Part shown: piece by piece, positions 1-13,503 of the stretch
Position numbering within the stretch: the stretch's first letter is position 1
Layout: every line of letters begins with the position of its first letter
From: Octopus vulgaris
Taxonomy: Eukaryota
Length of the DNA stretch: 64,000 nt
Reading direction: 5' to 3'
Assembly (NCBI GenBank): GCA_951406725.2
Contig: OX597821.1
Span: 63,116,001-63,180,000, forward strand
The notes under the pieces: model-generated
Databases searched by the model: none
Told to the model about the DNA's origin: nothing
Seen by the model: the letters and a program-made list of their open reading frames with translations, nothing else
Made by a program: the position numbers and the translations under genes

Positions 1-2000
1 AATTTTGCTCACCTCAATGTTTATTAAGCTTGTAAATAGCTAAATATCCAGTAACTATGTTCTTAACATTCTCAGTCATAGAAGCTTCTAAAATGTACAA
101 AGAAAGATGCATTGTTTCAGGCGCACTTTAGCACATTTGAGCTAATGTTCAATATGTTCAATGGTTTTCTGGTTTAGATTGGTTCTATTCATTATTATGG
201 GTTATTTTGCACGGACGTTTCTAAATTATTTTCTAGGTTTAGTTTTCCATTAGGTAAATGCATGGTCGTTCGAAGAATAAATGTCGTTTCCTATTTCTAG
301 CTGTCAGATACTGAGTTTATAGTGTTTTAGATTAAGTAGTGAGCTTCGATATTTATAGATAGCATTTCCTTCTTTCATGACACATCTTTCTTATTTCCGT
401 ATCAAAGAAGTTTTAATTTGACTGGCTTTAGAGATTCCCCAGATGATGAATTGGTTATCGTGGATCATGGTATCTTACGTAAAGAAAAGGTTTTACTTTT
501 AACTTTTTAATATTTATTTGCTTTGAACGCGTTGGTTGTTTGGAGAGACATACGTGAGAGTATTGTGGCTATGTCAGAGTGACACAGCTTACCGACAGCT
601 AGTTTTCGTTTGAAAGTGTTTACTTTATTACCAAATATATAAAGTTTCCTGGATGGACTTGGCTCAAGATAAATTCAGATTCTGCGATAACAAGAAATGA
701 TTCGGCTAGTTAATTCTTTACGTTTATTGCCAAATTTGGATTTCACATTGCCGTCTCGTTTTGTTAGACTACATTTTTGGTAGTTATTGTAGCTATGCAT
801 TGATGTTATTCAGCTAAACACTCTTTGTGTATATTTTTACATTAATTGTTGGATTTTATATTAGCATCACTAATTTCCCTCATATTTTGCAAGCTACTGA
901 CCAAGAAATTCTTTTCCCATGATTCTTGCATGAATTTATCTATTTCTGTTTCAGTCCTGTTTGAGTTCTACTTCGATTTTTTTTATTTATGTTATGCTGT
1001 GCTGCAATTATCTAAATATATTCCTCTATATAATTGCCTTCTAACATTTGCTTTACTGTTTCTTTATAAGATAGAAAAAAGTTTTCATAAACTTTTGTAT
1101 ATAAACCTAGGTACTTGCTTGCTTCTTAGTGAGTTTATAAAAAAAAAAAAGGTTCTATTATTAGACATTTTTTTATTTTCTAATAAGTATATTCTATCTC
1201 AATCAGATTAAAGATTTTGGCTTTGGAGTGCAGGGTACAGTCATGTCTCTGTAGAGGATTTCTGTGAAGAGAAATTCCAAAGTTTTGTTAATTTTCCTTG
1301 CCATGGGAAGGTTAAATAAACTAATCTATTGCAAATCTGACAGCATATTTATAAAACAATCATTCTACTCACCAAATTATAGACATTGTCATATATTTAA
1401 CCATATTTGCTTCTTATTATCTTAACTCAAACTAGCGTCGATTTTGCAACTTTAAATCCACAATATATCTCCTTATCAGTTGTAGTCCTGCTTGAGTACC
1501 TTTTGATATTTGAGTCACGGAAACTAAACTCAACTAGATGGATCAGGCCATACTGCAAAACTTATGACATTGGTTCGTTTAATCTCATTTATAAGAGAGA
1601 AAATTAAATTTATCCAGTGTTTGGTTTTAAGTGGGCTGAATGATATCAGCAGCAATTGAAGGGGTCTGATACACACTAACTATGGTTTCCTTGTGACCCT
1701 ACATAGGATTTAATCTTACTTTCTTCCTATTATATTCACATTAATATTTAGTTATGAATTTATTTAGTGTACTATTCTGTTCAAGATGGAACTTCTGTTT
1801 GATGGAAGCTCTGAAGTTAAGCACGGTCTTGATATATGACGTTATCTCTTAGCCCGAATATATTTCCAAACATGACTTTTTATATTCACCATAATGTTTT
1901 ACATATATTTTCTGTTATATTTTCTGATATGTAAATCCTTGTAATTAGAATTTCCTTTCCTTTCATTAACTTACAATCTTGATATAACTAAATAAATTAA
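1..2000 (-). mobile_element. Highly degenerate non-LTR retrotransposon RT remnant (tentative)
   Basis: Hand translation of the minus strand gives scattered RT-like words in the expected order: LQGF (~1945), GSQG..PL..L..FSPL (~1630-1700), VISFA (~1560), GFKVAKS (~1450). Many stops and frameshifts. Confidence 0.3.
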
Positions 2001-2520
2001 TGTTAACAAGAAATCTTTGCATATGAGTTCCAGCAGTCGAATAACTTTGGTCCACCAATTCTCAGATGTTTTATAAAATAACGTATTCTATATTCTGAGC
2101 ACCGCTTCTTTATTCAATCTTCTAGGCTTAACAAAAGATTAATTGAACTAACTCATGATATTTATCATATATGTGGATGTACTTGACAATGTCTAGGAAG
2201 TCCGAGACAATTTGATCTATTGTTTCTCATTGACTACTGAATAATTTAACTTCACTGTTGCTTTTTCTGCTTTACTATACGTTGCAACTACTTTCTTGTT
2301 GGTAAATATTGATTTTGTGCAGCAATCACGAATCTTCCAACGTCCACTTTTAGCCGATTCTTCTTCATTTCTTTATCTTCTCGCAGCTTATTAGATTGTT
2401 TATTTATTCCTCTCCAGTGGCCTTCTTCTCTCCAAACTCTTTGACATTGTATGTACGTCTCTATCTAAACTATCAGTTAATTATCTAAATCATAAATACG
2501 TACATATACATAAACACACA

Positions 2521-2690
<170 letters not shown>

Positions 2691-3363
2691 TACACGCACA
2701 CATATATATTTTGTTATGTGTTATCTTCAGATGCATCGTGGTAACAGTGTAATATCGTATATTTGATTATTAATTTTTAGGTGTCCACTATATTCATATT
2801 TTAGTAAGCAGTCTCTTTCCTCCATATTTCGGATGAGTAATTTTCATGTCTTCTGCTTGTCTAGTGTCATAATTTCATTAATTTACGAATTTATTATGGT
2901 ATTGCCCTAAGTGTTTACTTTTGCAGCTTACGTGTTGAGAAAACGTGCTTTCTATACTTTACTTTTCTATTTTCAGTTCTCTATTTTGAATTAATATATT
3001 TAATATATATTTCGTAAAACACATTTCTAGCACTTTCGTTCTCTTTATAGTTATTTTATCTGTCAGTGGTGAATTTGATTAGCACGTTGAAGATTTGTAA
3101 ATATTTTTTTTTATTGCAGCTTGTTTTCCTGCTATATGCTGTTTGTTTAAATTATATTACTTTTATTTTTTTTCCGTTTACAAGTGTTCTTATGGTCAAA
3201 TTGATTGTAGTACATTTCCCAAATCATAATTTCATATTATATGTTAATATCATGTGAAATAATATATTACAAATAATGTTTGTAAGAATCACGCATTATT
3301 TCTTTTACTATTGGTAGCGATTATGGAAAAAGGCATATATATATATATATATATATATATAAA

Positions 3364-3430
<67 letters not shown>

Positions 3431-3660
3431 TATATATATATATATATATATATTTAAATAGGTGAATGAATTATCCTATGTTTATCGTCAGCATGGAAAA
3501 TTCGTTTAACCGAAACCTGGGTAGCAAATTCACGTCAGAAACACGGTTGAAGCGACCTGTCCAAGGGTATAAACTCCGGGTTCATGTGCAGAGATTTGTG
3601 TGCTGTATATGAATAAATGAAAGAATGGAGTCGAACGAAGATGTTAACAAAATTCCTTTA

Positions 3661-3742
3661 CTCTCGACATATGTTTCGAAGACAACATGTTTTCATTCCA
3701 AAGGAATAAAGGGTGCATTATGCAATCTTCTCATCAGGAAAG
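3661..3742 (-). ncRNA. Type I hammerhead ribozyme (intact core)
   Basis: Minus strand reads CTTTC-CTGATGA-GAAGA...TCTTC-GAAA-CATATG-TC-GAGAG: stem I, CUGAUGA, stem II, GAAA, palindromic stem III, GUC site. Confidence 0.8.
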
Positions 3743-3973
3743 AAAGGGAGCCTCTCTGGACAACAAGACAAACTAAAATTTCGATGGCTGCCTACATGGT
3801 AAGCAAAACGATAATGAGTGTTTTTTAAAAAAACCGTTAGAAGAATTGACGTCAAAGATAGATAGTAGGAAGAGAAGGGTTAAAGGAATAATAGGTAGGG
3901 AACAAGTGGAGAGGGATGGGTACGTTGATCGAAAGAATGTTCGAATGTCTTGTTGTCGAGAGGGGGTCCCTTT

Positions 3974-4055
3974 CTTTCCTGATGAGAAAATTGCATAATG
4001 CATCCTTTATTCCTTTGGAATGAAAACATGTTGTCTTCGAAACATATGTCGAGAG
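3974..4055 (+). ncRNA. Type I hammerhead ribozyme (intact core)
   Basis: CTTTC(3974) CTGATGA(3979-3985) GAAAA...TCTTC GAAA(4039-4042) CATATG TC GAGAG; predicted cleavage after C4050. Confidence 0.8.
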
Positions 4056-4083
4056 TAAAGGAATTTTGTTAACATCCTTTTGT

Positions 4084-4084
<1 letters not shown>

Positions 4085-4153
<69 letters not shown>

Positions 4154-4190
4154 TATTTATATGTATATATATATATATATATATGTATAC
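4085..4190. repeat. (TA)n microsatellite
   Basis: Seen directly. Confidence 0.95.
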
Positions 4191-5094
4191 AGGGATGTGT
4201 GTGTATATGTAAATATATATACATTCACACACAACGCACACACACACATATTCACACACATGCATATATATATATCTGTTGTAACTTGTGAGAGAGCAAG
4301 TAATACACATAAGCTAGGTTAATGGTGTAGGGGGCTAAAAATATATGAATTAAACCAGTCCATCGATGCCATAAGATAGAGAAACTATTTCATTTGCCAG
4401 TTGCAAATATTGCCTTAGATAACAGTATGTTACAGGGAGAGAGAGGAAATAAACCGCAATGTTCGTAATCACTTGACTGAATATGGACGTTCCCAAAAGA
4501 ATTAGGGCTGAAGAAATAACATCTGCATTGACCCCCAATTGTTGCATAACGTTTTAAGGTGCACTAGATGACGTTTCCGTATATGCAAATTCTTCTGCAT
4601 TTCTGTATGTTCTCTTTTGTATTCTACACTTAATGACTTATATACACAAAAGTGCGTGATATAAATGGCAAAAGGAATTTTAAATTGTAGGATTCCTTTG
4701 TATGAAACAAACCAAATACATCGATGATCATTTGCATTATTCAGTTCACGCTTTATATATGTATATTGACAATTTATATATAATATATAGTCTATATAAA
4801 TATACGTGTGTGTATGTGTATTAAGGTACATGTGAGTGTGTGTGTATGTGTTTAGTAGAAACCTAAAAAGAAAACTCAAATCCAGATGACATGAAACATT
4901 AATGTTCAATATTTAATAGTTTATAACGTTCCGGACGTGACCCTTCAAATAGAATATAAAAGTCAAAGAGAAATTGTAACGTGAAGGACGAAAAGAAAGA
5001 GGAGAATAAAAAAGGTGTGCTTTTCTTCATATGTCCGAACTCTCTTTTACTTTCTCTCTATATCTACCCTCTCTCTCTCTCTCTCTCTCTCCTT

Positions 5095-5245
5095 GTTTTT
5101 TTCTGTGTTCCTTTCTGTAGAAGAGCGTAGGCTCGAAACGTTAAATACTTTTTCACTTCCCGAGCGTTATACTAATACAGCTGTTTGTTGTCTACCTACA
5201 CCACCTGTCTTCGTTTTTTTGTTTTGGGGGGAATTCTCCCTATAT
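5095..5245 (+). repeat. Dispersed repeat with hammerhead-like core, probable PLE 3' terminus (copy 1)
   Basis: gtgttcctttctgtagaagagcgtaggctcgaaacgttaaatactttttcacttcccgagc; second copy at 59575-59705. Confidence 0.6.
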
Positions 5246-6075
5246 ATGTATATCTGTTGTAACTTGTGAGAGAGCAAGTGAAACACACAAGTAAAATTAA
5301 TGGTGTAGAGAGAAGACAAAGTCATAGGGCGATTTATATATTCATTCAATCCATATTAACGAAATTCTCCATGGTATACATTATACATACATAGATGCAC
5401 ACATCTATATAATATTTAAAAAATTCTAAGAATTTGTAAATACACACACACACACACCGATATATAAATGTATATATATATATCTTTCTCGCTCTACAAA
5501 TACAGTAGATATTTGAGAAATTTATGCCACATTTTCAAAAGCTTCTTGAAGACGCACAAAACATTTGAGTTATTTTGCACCAGATTACATAATTTGTACA
5601 TATGTTTCACTCCACATATGAACTGCTACTTAGTTTAGGGGTAAAAGGTTGCGTAAGGCAGATTAACAAATAAGTCATCGTGTGTGTCGTCGTGATCTTC
5701 AATGTTTTGAGTTTACTAAAATATGTGCTGTTTATTTGAATTAAGATGAGTTAGTGTGTAATTGTCTGTCTGTATGTATGTGTAGAGTATATTACGTTGA
5801 GGTCTCTTTGTTTTGTCATAAAAGACTTGTAATTATCAACAGACAGTTGAGTAAATTGAACACAGCTATTGTATTTTCTAAGCTTAGTAATTATTCTGTT
5901 GGTCCTTTTTGCCGATCCGCCAGATAAGAAGGACGTAAGAGAAGCAACACCGATTGTCATGCAGTGATAGGGAAAAAGTACAAACACACATGCACATATA
6001 CGTACACACGCACACATACACATGCGCAAACACGCACGCACACACACATATATGAATATAATATATGCACACGCA

Positions 6076-6205
6076 TGACGGACTTCTTTCAGTTACTCTG
6101 CTTTATCTACTCAGATAGCTTTGATCAGGCCGAGCCTATAGTAGAATACACTTGACCAAACTGGTACTCATTGGCTCTGTACTCAAACCCATGGGATTGT
6201 TATCC
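6076..6205 (-). mobile_element. tRNA-derived SINE family C, degenerate 5' part
   Basis: gacggacttctttcagtt...ctatagtagaatacacttg matches the reverse complement of 62351-62520. Confidence 0.6.
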
Positions 6206-6212
6206 CTCAGTG

Positions 6213-6260
<48 letters not shown>

Positions 6261-6619
6261 TGGGGCGAGCGTATGTATGCGTATGTATGAATGTATGTAT
6301 TCATATATGTATGCGTTTGTATATGAGTGCTTGTATGTAAATATTATGTGGATAAGGTGTGTAGCAATCATCCATATTTGTTTGAACATATCTCAACAAG
6401 CATTGAGTATTATTCAAATTTAACTTTAGCATTCTATACACAACGAATGTCTGCGCTTCCTCGATATCTTTGTGGTTTTTTTTTTTTTGGTTTGACAGAA
6501 TTGTAACCTGGATTTTGTATCAACTAAAATGAAGTAACTAATCGTCACGATGATTCTCTGTCAGTCTGTGACATATAATATAATATGGCTACCGAATAAT
6601 TATCACCTATTATACTTAC

Positions 6620-6761
<142 letters not shown>

Positions 6762-7524
6762 GCTGATAAATTCTTCATCTTTACATCTCATACTTGTTTA
6801 CATGTATGCATATCTGTGGTTGTTGGCTCTGTTTTTTTTTACCCCTCAATCAAAACTGTATTTACATTCATTTATATTTATAGAGTAAGGTGACGTTTTA
6901 AAGTTGAATGGAAGTAAAACGACAATTTCCATTTGATGTGCTTTTGTATTTGTTTAATTCACAAGTAAAACCCAGCAGGTAATATTTTGCTGCGAAAATT
7001 TCATAGAATTTCATCTCGAGTTTTGTCCAACATTTTAAAATATTATCTCAACATATTATTTTCGCTACACACACAAACACACGCACACACATGCACACAA
7101 ATAAGTATATGTGGGGGATGCGAATCTGCGTACGTTTGTGAGTGTCAGTGTGAATGTAATCTTTCGTAATTTATTGCAAGCAGAAAGATCACGAACCCTT
7201 TCTCCAAGTTATTCATTGCTAACCCAACGGTGACTAAGAAAACTGGAAATCATAATTTTTTCTATGATAAGCATAGAATGATAATACATCAACATCATAT
7301 TAAACGCTTCTGCGATAACTTGGAATAGTAATAGAATCATTTTCGTTAAAGATATAATATTTTTAAAAATTAAACAAAGTAGATTTTGTCGCTTACGGGT
7401 AAAACGATTTGATAGAAACACAACTGGATTACAAGCAACAATATGCTTAGCTTATGGACACATTTACACATATGCTGAATATATATGTACTATCTATGTA
7501 TCTATCCATATATCTATCCATCTG

Positions 7525-7528
7525 TCTA

Positions 7529-7615
<87 letters not shown>
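7525..7615. repeat. (TA)n(TG)n microsatellite
   Basis: Seen directly. Confidence 0.95.
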
Positions 7616-7616
<1 letters not shown>

Positions 7617-8977
7617 AACAAATTTCATGCATACAGATAAGTATATGTTTATAAAAGATAATAACAGCATGTACTGGGATTTAACCCAATTAATAAAGTA
7701 CCATAAATATACGAGTTGAAAGAGATATCGAACTCTCCTATTTCTGTTGATTTCTCTGTTTCAATCAAGTGTTTGTTATTTACGTAATTTTGAAAGTGAA
7801 ATAGAGATGAATATCTACATTTGTTTGGTAATCGGTACTTTGATTACGTCCGTTGCTATCTCGAAATTATTTCAACAATACTCATTAAATTAAACAAGGC
7901 TCATATCGTTGGCTTGAAAGATAATTGCCTTGTACGTAAGAATTGCCATAACTGAACATTTTGTCTTTAAAAACTTGGCGCATTTGAAGATTTATACGAA
8001 AAACTGCCATTCAGTTGTTTAAACGTACGAGTATTATGAGAAAATGTAATGTTAATGCGATAATACATCAGCAAATATAAGTCTTTGTGATTCATTTAAT
8101 AAATAAAATAAGAAATATAAGAAATTTCGAAAGAAGATTACCGTTAAGGAGCAATTGCTTAGAGTAAATGCTTTTAGAAGTATGGAGAAGAATTATATTA
8201 TTGCTATTGGACAAGTCTCTGAAATTAAAATGATTAATGGAACATGCAAAAACTTTGCAGCATGAAAAGCTTGGCTTTATCTTGCTTATACTGAATATCT
8301 TATCATAGCTATTATTGATCTACAAACATGATAAAATATTGCATTGAAGAATATATATCGATAACAGTGCGATCACTCTGGCTATTCATTACACCATGCA
8401 AATTACTTAATTATAAATATAAGTGCTATGCATCTACAGCTGTTACAAACTAAGTTTCTTTGATAGTAAGTATATTTGAATTCTCATTGATATTATATTT
8501 CATCTTCGTACGTTAGACACTCGATAAGATTACAATAGTTTCCTCTCAAAATTTAGAGCGTTGCACAAAGAAATAACTACGTTCTGCAGTGTATTAATTA
8601 TGATGAAGAAAATTCTTTGAATAACACTTAGACTTTTCTAGAACTTCTCGCTAATGAACCTTTATTTTACTCGAGACAGACTCGGCATCTTGTCGGGCGT
8701 CTAAAGACCATATTCGCTACAAGTGTGTCATTTCATAATACGCAATCAGCTTTCGCCACTGCATTAAAGGACATTCTTATATGCTTATTAATATAATTCT
8801 TATTATATACCACAGTTTCCGTTATATTAATTACTAGCAGAAGCACCCGGCGTTGCCCGGAATCGAAATTGTTCCTTATATATTGGAAGACAAAGCAAGA
8901 TATGCTGTATAGAAATTTATCATTCTAAATTCAATTTATTCTTCAATTGGGAAATCAATTCTGAATTTATAATACAT

Positions 8978-8991
8978 TAATAATAATAATC

Positions 8992-9052
<61 letters not shown>
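8978..9052. repeat. (AAT)n microsatellite inside the Helitron 3' region
   Basis: Seen directly. Confidence 0.95.
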
Positions 9053-9056
<4 letters not shown>

Positions 9057-9254
9057 CGAAAATACAAAATTTACCACTTTTATGTTGGGAGATACATTCT
9101 ATCACACATGCTGAAAGAAATTACGCAAGAGCTTGTGGGTAAACAACATTCTTTATTTTCTGGTTTGGACATAATCAAATACGTTTTGCAAACTAAAAGC
9201 CCTGGAGCAACAAACATAAAGCTGACCATGAAAATAGCAAACCAGTCGATTTCA

Positions 9255-10385
9255 AAGACTGACCTGACTTTGAGCTTTATCAATAGTCATTGTGAAGGAA
9301 AGTCGCACTGGGAATTGTGTTCGTTTGAATTCAAATGGCATGTCTGTTGGTTTGATTGGAATTCTTGAAATGAAAACTTCTTCCCCAGAGACACATTAAG
9401 TGATGATGTTAGCTTCTTTCACATTAACTGATAATGTATTCACAATCAAGCCTGTTCCATTGCATAATTTAGGAGGATCTAAATTTCTTAGAAGCATTAT
9501 TAGGACTTCTACCTTCAGAAAAGTTTATGTGGAGTATTTCCATATGGGTCAAGAGAATTAAGGAACTCAGTTGGGTAACTGACAACTTGATTTTTATAAA
9601 GTGCTGAATCAACTGATTTGTACCAGTTAATGATTGTGGGAGTTTTATTCTTGAATTCAGGGTTAATCCTTACTACTCTCTCGTTTTTTTTTTTTTGAGC
9701 AAGAATTGCCCTCTCACACAACCATTTATGGGAATTATAATTATTACATAAGTCTGTAAATATCCTGTTCTTCAATTTAGCTGGGGAATTCACCATGATA
9801 GCAACATAGCCAAATTGATATCAGCATCCCCATCAAATGGTACTTTCCCATTTCTTGATTGGAGGGGCTTGGTTGACTACTGTTCTGCACATCAGTCCCC
9901 ATGTAATAAAGCTCACGCATTAGGTGTGAAGACTTATTCGATATTTTTATTCCCTCAGATCTTGTTCGTCTCGGAATGACTGGTAATGTCTCTACGAAAT
10001 CTTCTGATAAAACTAATGAAACTCCTTCCATAAATGTATTGTTGCCTTTTATGTCCAGTAATATCTTATCAAAAGCTACCATTGCAACACTATGTGTCAT
10101 GGTGCATTCATCCCAAATGATCGGGTGTAATTGGCGCAACACTTCTGGACCTCAACCTTTGCTTATGTTACAAATTGGACAATCATTTGTGACCAGATTT
10201 AGCGGCAATTTAAAAGCAGAATGAGCTGTTCGTCCTTCTGGACGAATGGTGGAAGCAATGCCAGACGATGCTACAGCAACTGCATTTGCTTTTGGATTAT
10301 TCTATTTCATATATCTTGTTACATTTAGAAGAGTATTCGAATATTTTATTCCTGCCATTGTGCCTTTCTAGCATCCAATTATTCG
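9255..10385 (-). pseudogene. Helitron RepHel Pif1-family helicase domain, frameshifted
   Basis: Motifs in order: AVASSGIAST..EGRTAHSAFKLPL, IIWDECTM, LVLSEDF..TLPVIPR, WLCERAILA, YPTEFLNSLDP...PHKL.LKVGSPIMLLRNLDPPKLCNGT, FKRTQFPVRL..TMTIDKAQ..GQSL. Confidence 0.92.
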
Positions 10386-10769
10386 AACCGTGCGACATCA
10401 GCGTGATGCTACTGGTTATAGCGCGTGTGGGGTACATCAGCTTCCGCATTACGTTCTGAGGTTGTGGATAAGGTGATCTCTTGTATCATTTCGAGATATT
10501 CAGAAGTTGCTAATGGAAAAGCAGGATCAGAAAACTACTGTTGCTGATACTTCTCCTGCTGCCTATATTTGATTTTCGAGTTTCTTAGAGCAAATTAACA
10601 CAGCTGAATAGTCTATCCATTACTCGAGTTTCGACGTTTCTATTCAGTACCCGAGACCGAGTGCAAGAAACCCTGTAAAATTTCCTCTTCATTTGAGGAA
10701 ACTTGTTGCTTCCTAAGTTTAAGAAAAACATCTTTCGTAATTAAAATGGCATGTAACACTTATTAATAT

Positions 10770-10818
10770 TATTACTACTAGTAGTAGTGGTAGTAGTAGT
10801 AGTAATAATAATAATAAT

Positions 10819-10896
<78 letters not shown>

Positions 10897-10929
10897 CTTT
10901 TCTTCTCTAGGCACAATAAGAATAATAAC

Positions 10930-10975
<46 letters not shown>

Positions 10976-10996
10976 ATTATTATTATCATTATTATT
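10770..10996. repeat. Compound (TAG)/(AAC)/(AAT)n then (ATT)n trinucleotide repeats
   Basis: Seen directly; source of poly-I/L/V ORFs. Confidence 0.95.
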
Positions 10997-11564
10997 ACTC
11001 CTAACTAGGAACCTCATACTTCCGGAATTACCCTAACCACCACAGATACGAACTCTCTCTTATGCTCTCCGTTCTATAGACTCGAACTTTCAGTGGGGCC
11101 ATTCACTCAAATTAGTTTTGCTAATCACCGGCAAAAAATTCACTGGCAAGTATTAGTTCTCTCTCCCCACTCACTTTCCCTTCCAAGTGGAACTTTAAAC
11201 AGTGAACGAAGAGGAAATGTGTTTTACTTAATCCTTTCAGCAACATCCATCACACACTCACTATTGCCATAGCTACTAGAAGAGGAAAACTTGTTAAATG
11301 TCGGTGGTAGGACGAATTTCAGGATGGATTCGTCCGATAGTTGGAGTCGTCCCACAGGTGATAACAGCTTTTCGCCATAACTCCACAAATCCGCAACACT
11401 GGAACACTACACGAGCGCATGAAAAGAGGTTTCGTCGCTAGAGTCTCCCCGAGAAAGGAATCGCTCTTATCAACCGCTAAATTTCTATACAATGTTACCA
11501 TAAAATACTACCGACCGTATTGCCTGACTGGTAGAGAGCAGCGAGTGCCTGACAACGAAGAACA

Positions 11565-11617
11565 TAAACAACAACCACAACACAACAACAACAACACAAC
11601 ACAACAACGATATTAAA

Positions 11618-11653
<36 letters not shown>

Positions 11654-11679
11654 TTTATTATTATTATTATTATGATTAC

Positions 11680-11727
<48 letters not shown>

Positions 11728-11738
11728 CATCATCATCA

Positions 11739-11800
<62 letters not shown>
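11565..11800. repeat. (AAC)/(AAT)/(ATT)n trinucleotide repeat
   Basis: Seen directly. Confidence 0.95.
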
Positions 11801-11803
<3 letters not shown>

Positions 11804-12808
11804 TATGCCATATACATTTACGTGTCTTAAGTTATTTTAGAATTCAGAAATGGAAATACAAAACATGAATAATATATTGATCTAATAAATTTTACTGGTG
11901 CCACTTTTACATGTTTTCTTCATAGTACTGTTTTTATTAATTTCTTATTTTACTGTCAATTTATTTCTCTTTAAATTTACTCTGTATGTATTTCAAAAAG
12001 ATTTGTGAATGCTTTTTTTCTTTTAATATTAGTGGATAATTGCAAAAGACAGTTGTTCATTTTTGTTTTAACAAAATTCTGTGGCTTGTAGCAATTTCTT
12101 TTAAAATTCCCATTGATATTCGCGTGTATTTCTCTGTTAGTTTCTGTACCCTTAATTGTAATATCCATGTCGTATTTACAATGAATTCTATGATGTCTCT
12201 ATTTTTGGTTTAAAACTTCATCATGTGATTATATTATCTGACATTTCGTCTTCCAGCATTCGTTTCCATGGAATTTTTCTCGGTAAACTGGGATCTACTT
12301 TTGGATATGTCAAAAGAGAAAACGAAATTATTTGCGTCTTATATTGTTATTGTAGTACAGCCGAAGGTTAATGCAGATCGCACAGACACATACCGTGGAG
12401 AGAGTCTTTCGAACTTTCACAATATATATAAAATAAGAAAAAGATTAAAAAATTACATTTCGTGTAGTCGTCATTTGAATATATGACGTTCATGGCTTTA
12501 TTCCCATTTGTGTCCGTATTGTTTCTTGGTTTGATTGGTATTGCCTTATGCATTCGAAGTATTCAAAAGGAAACCGTATTATATTAGCTTTCAAGGAATC
12601 GCTATTTTCTATGGCTATATGACAAGTTTACTAGATTTTTCCTTCCTTTTAAAATTCTTCCTCACTTGTAGTACCATAGTTGCGTGTGTATATATGTATA
12701 CACACAAAAGCATATATGTATGTGTGTATGTCCATACTATATATGTATTTTTGTGCATAAACAGATATATACAAACATGTAGGTAAGTAGATATACACGC
12801 ATAAACAC

Positions 12809-12897
<89 letters not shown>

Positions 12898-12907
12898 TAT
12901 TCATACG

Positions 12908-13248
12908 CGAGTGGGAACCACTCATAAGCTTCTGTTTTACTCATAGCAGCATCCTTGTAAGTTATCTGAAGCATGACAATTGTTTCGGCTGTCCTTTACC
13001 CCAGCAGGAATCAAAATTTCACAGAAACATGCTGTTCATTTGCGTCAGCCATCGCAAAAATTGACAAAGAGAGGAGAAGCACTGAAAAACAAAGATGTAC
13101 CACATGGCAGCATGACATTAACCGCTGCCAGTGATTGGCAGACTGATGCCTGAATGTTGCTTCAAGTGGTCTCTAGCGGCGGAAGCCTGAGCTACAACTA
13201 GCTTGTCCCACAGTGAATGCTTCCAGTTACTTTTGGGTGCCCTCTCGT
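12908..13248 (-). mobile_element. mariner transposon, 5' fragment (TIR and transposase N-terminus)
   Basis: Minus strand MADANEQHVSVKF*FLLG*RTAETIVMLQITYKDAAMSKTEAYEWF; TIR-like cgagagggcacccaaaagtaactgg; same family as 55387-56050. Confidence 0.8.
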
Positions 13249-13283
13249 GCATATACATACATGTATATATATATATATACACA

Positions 13284-13503
13284 CGCGAAGAGGTGTTGAG
13301 GTGTTTCTGTTTTTGACGGTCTCTCGGAAGGCCTGGTTCGAAGCCGAACCTTCTGAGTCCTTTAACAGAGCTTGGAAAAAACGGAGGACCGCTGCAGTAG
13401 GTGTGTGGCTCTGAGAGAGGATTCTTTTGAACAGAGTCATAATTAACTGATCCTCCTGTACTGTCTTTTGCCCGAAGCAGAGAACCTTTCAGCAACTTTG
13501 CAT
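13284..13503 (+). mobile_element. Internally deleted mariner-like MITE
   Basis: Degenerate inverted ends (cgaagaggtgttgaggtgtttctg / cagagaacctttcagcaactttg) around a transposase C-terminal remnant (LEKTEDRCSRCVALREDSFEQ). Confidence 0.5.

Larger units (their letters stand above)
3640..4076. mobile_element. Fold-back pair of PLE-like terminal repeats (131-bp inverted arms)
   Basis: 3640-3770 is the near-exact reverse complement of 3946-4076; each arm holds a hammerhead; the right arm runs into (TA)n. Confidence 0.8.
8834..10600 (-). mobile_element. Degenerate autonomous-type Helitron (3' portion)
   Basis: Minus-strand 3' end ccgggcaacgccgggtgcttctgCTAG|T (GC hairpin 8846-8860, CTAG 8834-8837) lies downstream of Pif1 helicase fragments; 5' boundary not located. 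Confidence 0.85.
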
